64,000 nt of DNA from Candidatus Peregrinibacteria bacterium. GTDB taxonomy: Bacteria; Patescibacteriota; Gracilibacteria; UBA1369. Below the pieces are notes generated by a model. It did no database searches and was not told the DNA's origin. It worked only from the letters and a program-made list of their open reading frames with translations. The stretch lies in the NCBI GenBank assembly GCA_963708185.1, contig OY970195.1, positions 480,001 to 544,000 of the forward strand. Direction: 5' to 3'. Below, piece by piece: positions 9,228 to 19,708 of this stretch. Made by a program: the position numbers and the translations under genes. Numbering within the stretch: the stretch's first letter is position 1; each line of letters starts with the position of its first letter.

Positions 9228-9815
9228 ATGGCTGTATCACTTGATCAAATTAAAGAACTCCGTGAAATGACGGGGGTTTCCATGATGGGATGCAAAAAAG
9301 CTTTGGAAGAAACCAAAGGTGATTTGCAGAAGGCTGTTGAATATTTACGCAAAAAAGGCGAAATGAAAGCTGCTGAACGCAGTGATCGTTCAACAAACCA
9401 GGGTGTTGTTTCTTCTTATATCCACGGGAACGGCCGCCTCGGGGTTTTGATCCAATTGGGATGCGAAACAGATTTTGTCTCCAAAAACGATGATTTCAAG
9501 AATCTTGCTTATGAACTAGCAATGCACATCGCTGCGATGAATCCCCTAACGATCAGTTCGGATGAGGTTTCTCATGAACTTGTGGAAAAAGAACGTGAGA
9601 TCTGGCGTGAACAGCTGAAACAAGAGGGGAAAAACGATAAGATGATCGAGAATATTCTCACGGGGAAAGAAAAAAAGTTCCGTGAAGAAAATGCTCTTTT
9701 AAAGCAGGCATTTGTTAAAAATCCCGAACTCACCGTCGAGCAGGTCCTGACCGATGCGGTAACGAGAATGGGTGAAAACATCAAAATCGTGCGATTCAGC
9801 AGGTTTTCCGTTTAG
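9228..9815 (+). CDS. tsf: Elongation factor Ts (short form)
   Basis: IKELREMTG...CKKAL, CETDFV, MHIAAMNP, GENIKIVRF. Confidence 0.97.
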   Translation: MAVSLDQIKELREMTGVSMMGCKKALEETKGDLQKAVEYLRKKGEMKAAERSDRSTNQGVVSSYIHGNGRLGVLIQLGCETDFVSKNDDFKNLAYELAMHIAAMNPLTISSDEVSHELVEKEREIWREQLKQEGKNDKMIENILTGKEKKFREENALLKQAFVKNPELTVEQVLTDAVTRMGENIKIVRFSRFSV

Positions 9816-9885
9816 ATTTTGAGAACCCAGAAAGTGGACAATCTTTGAATATGAGCTAAGATTGTCCTGCTTTTGTATCTATGCT

Positions 9886-11091
9886 ATGAAAAATTTTTCA
9901 ACGATTGAGGATGCGGTGCACGACTTGAAATCGGGAAAGATGATTATCGTCGTGGATGATGAGGAACGTGAAAACGAAGGCGATCTTGTCATGGCTGCTG
10001 AGGCAGTTACACCGCAACACATCAATTTCATGGCGAAGGAAGGCCGCGGGCTTATCTGCGTTCCAATGTCGGGAGATACTGCCAAAAGACTTGACCTTCA
10101 CCCGATGGTCAAAAAAAATACTGAAGCCCACCGAACAAATTTTACTGTTTCCGTTGACGTAAAGAAAGGTACGACCACCGGGATATCCGCTTCGGACAGA
10201 GCTAAGACTATTGCCGCACTCGGGAATCCAGGTTCGAAAGCCACAGATTTTCAAAAGCCCGGTCACATGTTCCCTTTGATTGCCCGAAACGGTGGTGTGC
10301 TTGTGCGTGCTGGCCATACTGAGGCGACCGTAGATTTGGTTTCCCTCGCAGGTTTTTCTCCCGTGGGCGTCGTATGTGAAATCGCAAAAGAGGATGGTGA
10401 AATGGCAAGACTTCCTTATCTTTTGAAGTTCGCCAAGAAGCACCATTTGAAGATCATCACCATCCAGGACCTTATTCATTACCGAAGTAAGAGCGAGTGT
10501 TTGGTGTCACGAAAGGCTGAATCCGATTTACCCACTGTGTATGGCGATTTTCGCTGTCTTGTTTTTACCAATACTGTTGATGATAAGGAACACGTTGTCC
10601 TTATGAAAGGTACTGTGTCTTCAAGAAAACCCACTCTTGTAAGAGTCCATTCCGAATGTCTTACAGGTGAGGTCTTTCATTCGTTACGGTGCGACTGTGG
10701 TCCGCAGCTGGATGCAGCCCTGAAGGCGATCCAGAAGAACGGGTCGGGGGTTCTCGTTTACATGCGACAGGAGGGACGAGGCATCGGACTTATCAATAAG
10801 ATCAAGGCTTATGCACTGCAAGATAAAGGTTTAGATACCGTTGAGGCCAATAAAAAGCTTGGATTTAAGGCTGATCTTCGAGAATATGGGATTGGAGCTC
10901 AGATCCTTCGCAATCTCGGGGTCAAAAAAATGAGACTTTTAACGAACAATCCCAAAAAAATCATCGGGCTGGAAGGTTATGACATTCAATTGGTTGAACG
11001 TGTTCCGATAGAGATGACTCCAAACCGGGTGAACAAGAAATACCTTTCGGTAAAAAAGAAAAAGATGGGCCATTATCTCAAATATGTCTAA
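9886..11091 (+). CDS. ribBA: Bifunctional DHBP synthase / GTP cyclohydrolase II
   Basis: [26 protein letters not shown]...[17 protein letters not shown]; ATG at 9886. Confidence 0.97.
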   Translation: MKNFSTIEDAVHDLKSGKMIIVVDDEERENEGDLVMAAEAVTPQHINFMAKEGRGLICVPMSGDTAKRLDLHPMVKKNTEAHRTNFTVSVDVKKGTTTGISASDRAKTIAALGNPGSKATDFQKPGHMFPLIARNGGVLVRAGHTEATVDLVSLAGFSPVGVVCEIAKEDGEMARLPYLLKFAKKHHLKIITIQDLIHYRSKSECLVSRKAESDLPTVYGDFRCLVFTNTVDDKEHVVLMKGTVSSRKPTLVRVHSECLTGEVFHSLRCDCGPQLDAALKAIQKNGSGVLVYMRQEGRGIGLINKIKAYALQDKGLDTVEANKKLGFKADLREYGIGAQILRNLGVKKMRLLTNNPKKIIGLEGYDIQLVERVPIEMTPNRVNKKYLSVKKKKMGHYLKYV

Positions 11092-12169
11092 ATTTCAACA
11101 TCACGACGAATTTTTTATGCAAAAGGCTCTTGATCTGGCTCGCAAAGGAGCTGGAAAAGTAGCTCCAAACCCTATGGTGGGTGCGGTTTTGGTAAAAAAA
11201 GGTAGGATTATCGCTCAGGGTTTTCATAAAAAATTCGGGGCGCCTCACGCTGAAGTTGATTGTTTGCAAAAGGTGACAAAAAAGCAAATACATGGGGCGA
11301 CTTTGTATGTAACACTGGAACCTTGTTGCTTTTATGGAAAGACTCCGCCTTGTACAAATTTTTTGACCTCAAAAGGCTTAGATCATTTGGTAGTAGCTAT
11401 GCGCGACCCTAATCCTAAGGTTTCCGGAAAAGGTATTCGGCAATTAAAGAGAGCTGGTGTCGAGGTGCGCGTAGGGGTTTTGAACCATGATGCAAAACTC
11501 CTCAATAAGATTTTTGAAAAGAATATAAAATCACAAATGCCATATTTGTCCATTAAGCTTGGCATGAGTTTGGATGGAAAGATTGCTCCTTCAAGTGGCA
11601 AGACGGGGTATATTACCAGTCTACAGTCTCGACAAGATGTTCACCGGCGCAGAGCTCAAGTTGATGCGGTTTTGACGACCTCATCAACGGTTTTGGCAGA
11701 CGATCCTCATCTCGGCGTAAGACTTGCGAAAGGGAAAGATCCTTTAAGGGTCGTCATTGACAGTCATTTGGTCACCTTGCCGTCGCATAAGGTTTATCGC
11801 AATAGGAACGTCGTTGTTGCAGTTTCTTTGGCTGCTTCTTCCGTTAAAATTAAACGTTTTAGGAAAAAAGGTATAGAAATGCTGTTTTATAAAGGGTCAA
11901 AAGTTCCTCTCAAACAATTGTTGAAAGATCTTTATGCTAAAGGCGTATGTAACATTATGACTGAAGCCGGTGCGAATCTGGTCTCAAGTTTACTTCATGA
12001 GGGTTTGGGTGATGAGCTCTTGCTTTATATCGCTCCAAAAATCCTTTTTGATGGCTTAAACTGGGCAGGAGAGTTGAGAACCAGAACTACCTACAGGGGA
12101 ATTTCACTTCAAAACGTCCGTTATCAAAAATTTGACGATGATATCCTGGTTCAGGGGAGTTTGATTTAA
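11084..12169 (+). CDS. ribD: Riboflavin biosynthesis deaminase/reductase
   Basis: PNPMVG, HAE, TLEPC...TPPC, SLDGKIA. Confidence 0.95.
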   Translation: MSKFQHHDEFFMQKALDLARKGAGKVAPNPMVGAVLVKKGRIIAQGFHKKFGAPHAEVDCLQKVTKKQIHGATLYVTLEPCCFYGKTPPCTNFLTSKGLDHLVVAMRDPNPKVSGKGIRQLKRAGVEVRVGVLNHDAKLLNKIFEKNIKSQMPYLSIKLGMSLDGKIAPSSGKTGYITSLQSRQDVHRRRAQVDAVLTTSSTVLADDPHLGVRLAKGKDPLRVVIDSHLVTLPSHKVYRNRNVVVAVSLAASSVKIKRFRKKGIEMLFYKGSKVPLKQLLKDLYAKGVCNIMTEAGANLVSSLLHEGLGDELLLYIAPKILFDGLNWAGELRTRTTYRGISLQNVRYQKFDDDILVQGSLI

Positions 12170-12263
12170 GATTAAAGTTTCTAGAAGCGGTTGTTCATTT
12201 TTTTAAACGACTGCAAACGCTTTTCTTTTGCTTGCTGCAGAGGATTTTTAGATGCCTGTTCTA

Positions 12264-12292
12264 TTGACTATTTAATCATTTTATTTTATAAT
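12264..12292 (+). promoter_or_regulatory. Sigma70-type promoter for the transporter-STAS-PP2C operon
   Basis: TTGACT-N17-TATAAT, 43 nt upstream of ATG 12336. Confidence 0.65.
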
Positions 12293-12335
12293 TATTATAA
12301 ATATCGTGTGTTGAAAAATAAACAAAAAAGACATT

Positions 12336-14705
12336 ATGAAATACATCGAAAGAGTTTTCAATATTGCCGATCATGAAGCCCCCAGGACCTTCTATGCATG
12401 GTCGCTCCTCTTTTTGCACAGAATGGGCTTAATTATCGGGACAACCACGCTGACGGCTATGTTCGTGACCCAGTTCGGCATTAACCTGCTTCCGTTGATG
12501 ATCCTGTTCCAAGCTTCTCTGACGATAGCGGGAATGTTTGCCTTTTCATTCTTAAATGAACACTTCATTTCGAAACAGCTCATTCCGGTTTGTGCTTTCG
12601 TTACAGGTCTTCTGCTTTTTGTCTCCACGTTTTTTGTTGATCAGCCTTATGTGTTCTTTGCTCTGCTTTTGGGTGTTACCGGTATATTTCTGCCCCAACT
12701 TACGATTTTTTTGGCAAACTATATCGAAGATTTTTTCACGCCGCTTGAATGCGAACGTACTTTTCCTGTCATTGAATCCGCCCAGACCATTGGAGGCATT
12801 TTCGCCGGCTTGCTCATCACGACTTTGGGACAATACATCGGAAGTTACAAGTTTTTCTATCTTTGGATTCTTTTTCTCTTTCTGGTGGTTTCCGTCATAT
12901 TTTTTCTCGAACCTTTTTCGAGCGAACATCAGTATTTCTTCAAACAACAGGAGCGGATCAAGAAAGATTTCCGTTCGCGCGTAAAAAAAATCAAACAGAA
13001 TATCCGTGAAATACGGCTGGTTCCCTTTCTGCAGGGTATGCTCATCATCTTTCTGTTGCATTGGGTGGTGGCGAACGTGCTTGAGTTCCAGTATACGAAA
13101 CTCATTGATGAATCCGTCGGGGCTACGGCGTCAGTATTTTTACACGAAGAAAGCCTGGCTCATGGGCTGGGTTCTTTTCAGATCCTTTTCCACGGTTCGG
13201 CGCTTATTGTTCAGCTTCTAGTCGCCAGCAGGATTCTGAGAAAACTGGGTACCGTGGGAAGTTTTCTCTTGCACAGCCTGGTAACCTTCTTCAGCTCAGT
13301 TTCTTTACTCCTCGGGTTCGGATACTTCAGCGTCATTCTTGCTAAAAATAATTTTGAACTCAGCGGGATCGTCCATAAGAATGCCTACGAAGCTTCGTAC
13401 TACGCGCTTCACCATGGTACCCAGCGACATGTAAGAGAATTTTTCGAGGCTTTTGTTTATCCAGCCGGGACTATTTTTGGAACACTCGTCATTTTCGGAG
13501 TCCAGTTTTTCTTTCTTCCGGAACATACGTACCTTGCCATGGAGGTCATTCTGATCGCCTTGACCATTGGAATGATCATTTTTGCCTTACGGCTACAGCG
13601 TTCTTATACACAACTTTCCAAGGACAATCTTTTGAAATCTGAACATAAAACCGCCAAGTTTCATGCCATAGAAATTTTGTCGCAGAAGGGCCATCAAAAT
13701 CATCTTCCGGCCTTGATCCAGGCTTTAAAAAACCCGCGTGAATCCGTAGACGTAAAAGTGAAAATTCTGGAAATCCTGCATAAATTATCCGATCCAAAAG
13801 CGATCCCTGTGATTATCGAATTTCTCCATTCCAAAGATGAAGATCTCGTTTATGCCTCGGTTATCGCACTCGGAGGATTTACGAAACTCGGAGACAACAT
13901 TTTTGAACAGGGTTTTTCGAGGTATCGAGCCATCCATGAACTTCGTGAGCTTTTTACCCGAACCTCGAGTGAAAAAATCAGGGAATCCATCATACGAACC
14001 CTTGCGACGCTGCGTTACGAAAAAATAGTCCCATTTTTGCTTCAGGAAATGCATGGGACTTCCAGTAAATTCCACATCGCATGCATCCAGGTGTGTTCGA
14101 TGTTTCATGATCCGGCGTTGGCGGATTATCTTCTTCCTTCGTTACGGGCACATTCCCCTTTCGTCCGAGCTCAGACGGTTCTCGCCCTATGGCAATTTCA
14201 CGGCTATCACCACAAGCTTCAGTCGGTCATGAATGAGCTTTTCCATTCAACAAAAAGGGAGAATTTTTTGGCCTATTGTTCGGTTATAGGTGATTTGAAC
14301 CTTAAAGTAGATCCTCAAAAACTTATTGCTCGGTATAATACTGCGGATCCGGAATTGAAAATGACCCTTGGATTTGCACTTTTTAAACTCGGTCACCGCG
14401 AAGTTGTGGAGGATCTTGTTCATTTACTTTTCAGCAGAAATTCATTAGTCTTGGATAAGGCGAAAGAGCTTTTCAGGACGTTGAAGCAGGAACAAAAGCG
14501 ATTCATTCAAAATATCGTCCAGCGTGAAATTTCACAACGCCTACAGCCGATTTTTACGGCAGGTGACGCTTCCAATCTTTCAGAAGAAGCGCATCAGATG
14601 CTGGAACGCTGCGCGGACGCTTACAGGGCTTTGGATCTCCGCCTCGAAGCTGAAGCCATTCATTCGACCTTCGAAACTTCCGCAACTCCTCTGCACGCTT
14701 TCTAA
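12336..14705 (+). CDS. MFS/NTT (ADP/ATP translocase)-like membrane protein fused to HEAT repeats
   Basis: About 12 TM helices with FVTQFGINLLP, EDFFTPLECERTFPVI...GGIFAG and QLLVASRILRKLG, then HEAT-like repeats (LPALIQALK, IPVIIEFL, SPFVRAQTVLAL). Confidence 0.65.
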   Translation: MKYIERVFNIADHEAPRTFYAWSLLFLHRMGLIIGTTTLTAMFVTQFGINLLPLMILFQASLTIAGMFAFSFLNEHFISKQLIPVCAFVTGLLLFVSTFFVDQPYVFFALLLGVTGIFLPQLTIFLANYIEDFFTPLECERTFPVIESAQTIGGIFAGLLITTLGQYIGSYKFFYLWILFLFLVVSVIFFLEPFSSEHQYFFKQQERIKKDFRSRVKKIKQNIREIRLVPFLQGMLIIFLLHWVVANVLEFQYTKLIDESVGATASVFLHEESLAHGLGSFQILFHGSALIVQLLVASRILRKLGTVGSFLLHSLVTFFSSVSLLLGFGYFSVILAKNNFELSGIVHKNAYEASYYALHHGTQRHVREFFEAFVYPAGTIFGTLVIFGVQFFFLPEHTYLAMEVILIALTIGMIIFALRLQRSYTQLSKDNLLKSEHKTAKFHAIEILSQKGHQNHLPALIQALKNPRESVDVKVKILEILHKLSDPKAIPVIIEFLHSKDEDLVYASVIALGGFTKLGDNIFEQGFSRYRAIHELRELFTRTSSEKIRESIIRTLATLRYEKIVPFLLQEMHGTSSKFHIACIQVCSMFHDPALADYLLPSLRAHSPFVRAQTVLALWQFHGYHHKLQSVMNELFHSTKRENFLAYCSVIGDLNLKVDPQKLIARYNTADPELKMTLGFALFKLGHREVVEDLVHLLFSRNSLVLDKAKELFRTLKQEQKRFIQNIVQREISQRLQPIFTAGDASNLSEEAHQMLERCADAYRALDLRLEAEAIHSTFETSATPLHAF

Positions 14706-14717
14706 ATATTTTCTATC

Positions 14718-15086
14718 ATGAACGATAACACTCCAATTCTCACACTCAATACCTTACCTCCGGATAAGCAAAAATCTTACCAGGTGTTTGAACTGAACGG
14801 TGACATGGACAAACAGGGACTTACGCTTGTCCGACAGAAGCTGGAAGAAACTGCACAAAATTTTCCTTATCAATACTTCATTTTTGATTTTTCGAACCTG
14901 AATTTCATCAACAGTGAAAGCATCGGCTTTTTGATGACTTTGCATTCTCACCTTGTTAAAATGAAAAAGAAACTCGTGGTCACTTCCGCTAAATCGCATG
15001 TCAAAGACGTTCTTTCAGTCATAGGGATTCTTAACGTCATCGATTACCATGATTCACTTGAAGCTTTTCTTAAGACCATTGCGTAA
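14718..15086 (+). CDS. STAS-domain anti-sigma factor antagonist
   Basis: LNGDMD, IFDFSNLNFINSESIGFL, VLSVIGI. Confidence 0.88.
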   Translation: MNDNTPILTLNTLPPDKQKSYQVFELNGDMDKQGLTLVRQKLEETAQNFPYQYFIFDFSNLNFINSESIGFLMTLHSHLVKMKKKLVVTSAKSHVKDVLSVIGILNVIDYHDSLEAFLKTIA

Positions 15087-15094
15087 ATATAACC

Positions 15095-16315
15095 ATGAAG
15101 TTATTTAAAAAAAGTTTGTTAGGCAGGGTATTCGTAAATTTCTTTCTCTTTGCGATTCTTATCACCGTGGCGGTTTTCTATTTTTATTCCTCAGACCAGA
15201 AAACGATAAGTCTTGGTGTGTTTATCGGGTCTTTGATCGTTTTTCTGCTTTATTTTCTCCTGGTTTATCTCTATGAAATCGTCCGTCCTTTCGAGTTCAT
15301 TCTGAAACAGATCAAGAATCTTTTGACCGGGAGGAAATATAAAAGGGTTTATACCAACAGGATCGACGAAATAGGAACCATCGCCCACTTTTTCAACGAA
15401 GTCACGAGGAATCTCGAAAAAATCTCGGGGCAGCTTAAAGAAGGCCGGCGCATGCTTGGTGAACTTGAAGTCGCCGCACAGATCCAGAAAGACATTTTGC
15501 CGGTTTCAGCACCGAACGTTCCGAATCTCGACATAATCGCCAAAACCAGACCGGCCGTTGAACTCGGCGGAGATAATTTCGATTTTATTACGGTGAAAGA
15601 CAATACCTACATCTACATCGGAGACGTTACGGGTCACGGCGTTCCGGCTGCCCTGGTCATGACGATCGTTCATACGCTTATTCATACCTTTGTTGAGATT
15701 TATGACAATGCCTTTGACGTCGTATACCAGACGAACCGGCGTTTAAAATCCCAAATCAAATCGACGATGTTCATGACGATGATGATGCTTCGGTGGAATC
15801 GTGAAACCCAAAAAATGACCTATGTCGGTGCCGGGCATGAACATCTTATCGTTTATCGCGCATCGAAAGGTCAGTGTGACGACAGGATGTCTGGTGGTAT
15901 AGCGCTCGGTATGATCGCCGACAACAGTAAGATCATCAAAGAGCTCGATCTGCCAATGGAAAAAGATGACGTGGTGGTTCTTTATTCAGACGGTATCGTC
16001 GAAGCCCGCAATATGGCTGGGGAAATGTATGGCCTTGATCGTCTGAAGAAAGCTATTGAAATCTATGCTCCTCAGTATGGTTCTGAAGGCATCGTATACC
16101 ACATTGCGCGCGATTTTTCGCGCTTTGTGCAGCAGCATGTCCAGGAAGACGATATCACGCTCATGGCCATCCGTTATATGGGCCCGAACGTCGAAACGGT
16201 AGCAGTTCCTCAACAGCCGAATCTCACTGCCTGGACGGAAGAGGAAAAAGAGGTTGAAAAAAAAGATCAAAAACCGCAAAAGACCAAGAAGCCAAAAGAT
16301 AACGTGTCGATTTAA
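15095..16315 (+). CDS. Membrane-anchored HAMP + SpoIIE/RsbU-type PP2C phosphatase
   Basis: Two TMs, HAMP (DEIGTIAHFFN), GGDNFD, GDVTGHG, YSDGIVEA, DDIT. Confidence 0.92.
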   Translation: MKLFKKSLLGRVFVNFFLFAILITVAVFYFYSSDQKTISLGVFIGSLIVFLLYFLLVYLYEIVRPFEFILKQIKNLLTGRKYKRVYTNRIDEIGTIAHFFNEVTRNLEKISGQLKEGRRMLGELEVAAQIQKDILPVSAPNVPNLDIIAKTRPAVELGGDNFDFITVKDNTYIYIGDVTGHGVPAALVMTIVHTLIHTFVEIYDNAFDVVYQTNRRLKSQIKSTMFMTMMMLRWNRETQKMTYVGAGHEHLIVYRASKGQCDDRMSGGIALGMIADNSKIIKELDLPMEKDDVVVLYSDGIVEARNMAGEMYGLDRLKKAIEIYAPQYGSEGIVYHIARDFSRFVQQHVQEDDITLMAIRYMGPNVETVAVPQQPNLTAWTEEEKEVEKKDQKPQKTKKPKDNVSI

Positions 16316-16323
16316 GTTTTTTG

Positions 16324-17343
16324 ATGAAAGCCAAAGATTTTTCATTCAATCTTCCGGAAGAGCTTATCGCCCAGAATCCGACTTCCCCGCGAGATGCCTG
16401 CAGACTGATGGTTTTGGACAGGTCCTTTCATTCAATGTCCAACCGTCATTTTTACGATCTTCCCAAGTTCTTGAAACGCGGTGATGTTTTGGTCATGAAC
16501 AATTCACGGGTTCTTCCGGCCAGAATGTTTTTTGAGGGTCACGGGAAGAAAGCTGAACTTTTCCTGTTGAGAAAATTGAATGATGCCGTGTGGCTTGCCA
16601 TCGGGAAACCGGGGAAGATTCTGCAGCCTGGAAATTTTTTTTCCATCGCTGTGGATTTTTCTTTTGAAGTTTTGGAAATTTTACCTGACGGACAAAGGAA
16701 GATCCGTTTTTTTCAACCAGCCGATCAAATTGAAAGCCTCATTGAAAAACATGGGCATACTCCCCTTCCTCCATACATCAAACGTTCTGAATCTTCGCCT
16801 GACGACTATCAAACCGTCTATGCTCGGGAATCAGGCAGCGTGGCCGCACCGACGGCAGGACTGCATTTTACCGACGAACTTTTAAAGACCATCAAAGATA
16901 TGGGCGTTGAAATCGTTTTCGTCACGCTCCATGTGGGACTCGGTACTTTTCAACCGTTAAAAACCGACGAAGTGGAGAGCCATATGATGCACAGTGAAAT
17001 CTTCGAACTTTCATCGGAATCGTCAGATGTTCTGCAAAAAGCACGTAATGAACAAAGGAGAATTATCGCTGTCGGAACCACGTCGGTCCGTGTACTTGAA
17101 AGTTCTTTTGATCAGGTGAAAGGGTTTACGCCCCAAACGGGTGATACTTCGATCTATATCTACCCCGGATATACCTGGAAATGCGTTGACGGCCTTTTGA
17201 CGAATTTTCACCTCCCCCAAAGTACGTTGCTCCTGCTGACCTGCTCGTTCGGGGGTACGGGTTTTGTCTTGAACGCCTACCAAAAGGCGGTAGAAGAACG
17301 ATACCGTTTTTACAGCTTCGGAGACGCCATGCTTATTTTGTAA
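16324..17343 (+). CDS. queA: S-adenosylmethionine:tRNA ribosyltransferase-isomerase
   Basis: LPEELIAQ, PLPPYI, YQTVYA, GSVAAPTAGLHF, TNFHLP, YRFYSFGDAM. Confidence 0.97.
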   Translation: MKAKDFSFNLPEELIAQNPTSPRDACRLMVLDRSFHSMSNRHFYDLPKFLKRGDVLVMNNSRVLPARMFFEGHGKKAELFLLRKLNDAVWLAIGKPGKILQPGNFFSIAVDFSFEVLEILPDGQRKIRFFQPADQIESLIEKHGHTPLPPYIKRSESSPDDYQTVYARESGSVAAPTAGLHFTDELLKTIKDMGVEIVFVTLHVGLGTFQPLKTDEVESHMMHSEIFELSSESSDVLQKARNEQRRIIAVGTTSVRVLESSFDQVKGFTPQTGDTSIYIYPGYTWKCVDGLLTNFHLPQSTLLLLTCSFGGTGFVLNAYQKAVEERYRFYSFGDAMLIL

Positions 17344-19708
17344 GCCACTTTGGCAACACTTTTGCCTGCTGGATCCCGGGAATCTTTCTGATGCGCTCGA
17401 GATCGTGGAGGTTGAATTTTCCCATGTAGAGGTCTTCCACTTTTCCGCCTTCTGCGACGAATCGTTCGACGTCCCTTTCTCCGGAAAAATAGATGTAATC
17501 TTTCGTAAAAGCTCCAGCCAAAGAAGTGTCGTTCAATCCGCGCTTCAGTTTCAAACAGATTTTGAAGGCCTTCGTCTGGGAAAGTCCGTAGTTCATTAAT
17601 TTCAGGAAAAGATCTGCAAAAGACAACTGGAAGGCCAGCTCCGTTGCCTTAACCAGTGAAGCCTTATAAACACGGTCTGCTTCTTTTTCAAGCCCCTGCG
17701 TTTTGACGTTATAGAGAGCCAGCCCTTCCTGGGTGGACAAATATTCCGAAAACCCGCGGTTAAAGAGTTTGTAGGGCTGATGTTTTCCGTTCTCCGCCGT
17801 CAGGATATGCGTCTCTATTTCATGAACGACAAGACTTTTGACTCTCGATGATGAAAATTTAGCGGATTTTTTGACGAACAGCTGGTTGTTTTTTCCGGCG
17901 ACGCAGTTGGTGACGAGATTGTCTTTCAATACGACTTTCCACTGATCTAGATGGTAATCCTGGAACACCTGCATGAAAATTTTCCTGGCCGCTGCGGCGT
18001 CGACATCCTCCTTTTCTTCTTCGAACGTTTTTTTTATCTTCAGGGTTTCCTCGGCCAAGGAAAGATGCTCTTTGTTAGGTTTTCCGAAAAGCTCCACTGA
18101 ATTCAGCGTAAACGACTGCTGCCCGCGTGACAGGTGAAGGTCGATCTTTTTCTGGATCTCTTTGCTTTTTTTGAAGAAAAGAATTCCCAGGGAAGTGTCG
18201 TCGAAAATAATGCTGGACAGTTGTTTTTTGAGATCGTCGGGATCGTAGCGAAGTTCAGGATACGTGAACTGGGGGTTGTATGAGAAATCCTGAAAAAACT
18301 TTTTGGTTTCCTCTTCCAGATTTATGGGTCTCAGGTAGTACAAGAGTTTTATCTTATTGTCGATGCTGATGAGCTGGTCATCGATGGCGTGGTAATCGAT
18401 ACTTTTTGTAATTTTCTGGACTGTTTTTTTTGTTTTGCGTTTTTTTGACGGATCGATAAGAAAGTTCTCGCCAAGATCACGCTGCCCGATGATAATCTTG
18501 TAATTTTCGTCGGTAATTTTTTCCACGTCGAAGATACTCTGGATTCTTTTTCCGGCGATGGACAGCTTGAGCTTGAGCGTGGATTTTTCGTCATCGTATA
18601 CCTCGTGGTCTTCAAGAAGGCCGTTCTCGTTGGCGAAATCCTCGTCGACGACACTCCTCTCCCTGCTGGTATCGAGAAACGCCATTGCTTTTTTTGTCTG
18701 ATCTTTCATGATAACTTCCACGTTCTCTTCCACGCTGACGATTTTTTTCTCAATCGGTTCAGATGAATTTTTTTCAGCGGTTTTCCCGAACATTTCTTTG
18801 GCGATGCGGATGCCTTTACTTACCGTCCTGATCTTGAGTCCCTTGATACGTTCAAGTCGTTTGCGCAGAGGCGCAAGGTTGGCTATTTGTACACTGAGTC
18901 CTGCTCTGGCATTAATCTCGAGGAGAATGGGCCCGTGTGCCTTATCAACCGCGATGTCGGCGGCAAGATATCCCAGATTGGTGGCGACTTGCGCCTGGCA
19001 GGCGATATTGAGCATTTTGTCCCAGTCAGGAATTTTCACTCCACGTACTTTGCCGACTTTCGGTATTTCAGTAATGATGCGGTTGTGGTAAATGGCGTTG
19101 GTCGTCACTCCCCTGGCGATATCGATGCCGACGCCTATGGCTCCCTGGTGAAGATTGGCTTTCCCCCGGGACTCTTCGGTCGGCAGACGGAGCATGGCCA
19201 TGACCGGAATAAGGTTGTGGACAATGATGCGGATGTCGGGCAGGCCTTTGTATGAGAGAGCTCCGAGGGTTTCGTCAGGAATGATGAGCTGTTCGAAAAA
19301 AGCTTTATCGTTAAGGTTGGTCACGGAAAAGCGTCCGTCGAGAATGTCCTGAATGTGTTTCTGGATCCTTTTCAAAGTATATTTTTCCTTGTCGATGGTG
19401 ATCCAGTACTTGTCCTGCTTTTCAATGATCGGAATAATGCCCTCACCGCCGTATCCAAGATTCGGCTTGATAACAAAGCTTTCCGGCAATTGTTCAAAAT
19501 CAAACTTCCAGAGGTTTTCGATGCTGTCGATGACGCCGTAAAGTTTAGGAACCGGAATCCCGCGTGCCGAAAGAAAAGCTTTTGTTTTCAGTTTGTCGTC
19601 GGCGATAAGAACCGATTTATCGGCATTATACGGTTTGATATACAAAAGGTTGCGCGCGTTGATGCCGAGCACACCTGGGTTTTTGAAATATTTGAGGAAA
19701 AATGACAT
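17333..19708 (-). CDS. Fusion of an alpha-L-glutamate-ligase-related ATP-grasp domain, a retropepsin-like domain and a DUF1704 (QEGLA/MATCAP-type) metallocarboxypeptidase
   Basis: GINARN, DDKLKTK, VIKPNLGYGGEGI, PDIRIIV, MLRLPT...ANLHQGA, LEINARAGL; FLDTS...IIGQRDL...FLIDP; HEIETH, TQEGLA, FTKDYIY, LYMGK. Confidence 0.85.
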   Translation of the reverse strand: MSFFLKYFKNPGVLGINARNLLYIKPYNADKSVLIADDKLKTKAFLSARGIPVPKLYGVIDSIENLWKFDFEQLPESFVIKPNLGYGGEGIIPIIEKQDKYWITIDKEKYTLKRIQKHIQDILDGRFSVTNLNDKAFFEQLIIPDETLGALSYKGLPDIRIIVHNLIPVMAMLRLPTEESRGKANLHQGAIGVGIDIARGVTTNAIYHNRIITEIPKVGKVRGVKIPDWDKMLNIACQAQVATNLGYLAADIAVDKAHGPILLEINARAGLSVQIANLAPLRKRLERIKGLKIRTVSKGIRIAKEMFGKTAEKNSSEPIEKKIVSVEENVEVIMKDQTKKAMAFLDTSRERSVVDEDFANENGLLEDHEVYDDEKSTLKLKLSIAGKRIQSIFDVEKITDENYKIIIGQRDLGENFLIDPSKKRKTKKTVQKITKSIDYHAIDDQLISIDNKIKLLYYLRPINLEEETKKFFQDFSYNPQFTYPELRYDPDDLKKQLSSIIFDDTSLGILFFKKSKEIQKKIDLHLSRGQQSFTLNSVELFGKPNKEHLSLAEETLKIKKTFEEEKEDVDAAAARKIFMQVFQDYHLDQWKVVLKDNLVTNCVAGKNNQLFVKKSAKFSSSRVKSLVVHEIETHILTAENGKHQPYKLFNRGFSEYLSTQEGLALYNVKTQGLEKEADRVYKASLVKATELAFQLSFADLFLKLMNYGLSQTKAFKICLKLKRGLNDTSLAGAFTKDYIYFSGERDVERFVAEGGKVEDLYMGKFNLHDLERIRKIPGIQQAKVLPKWLTK

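Noticed and set aside
9816-9885. FMN riboswitch upstream of ribBA
   Set aside because: The gap is only 70 nt and lacks RFN consensus sequence.
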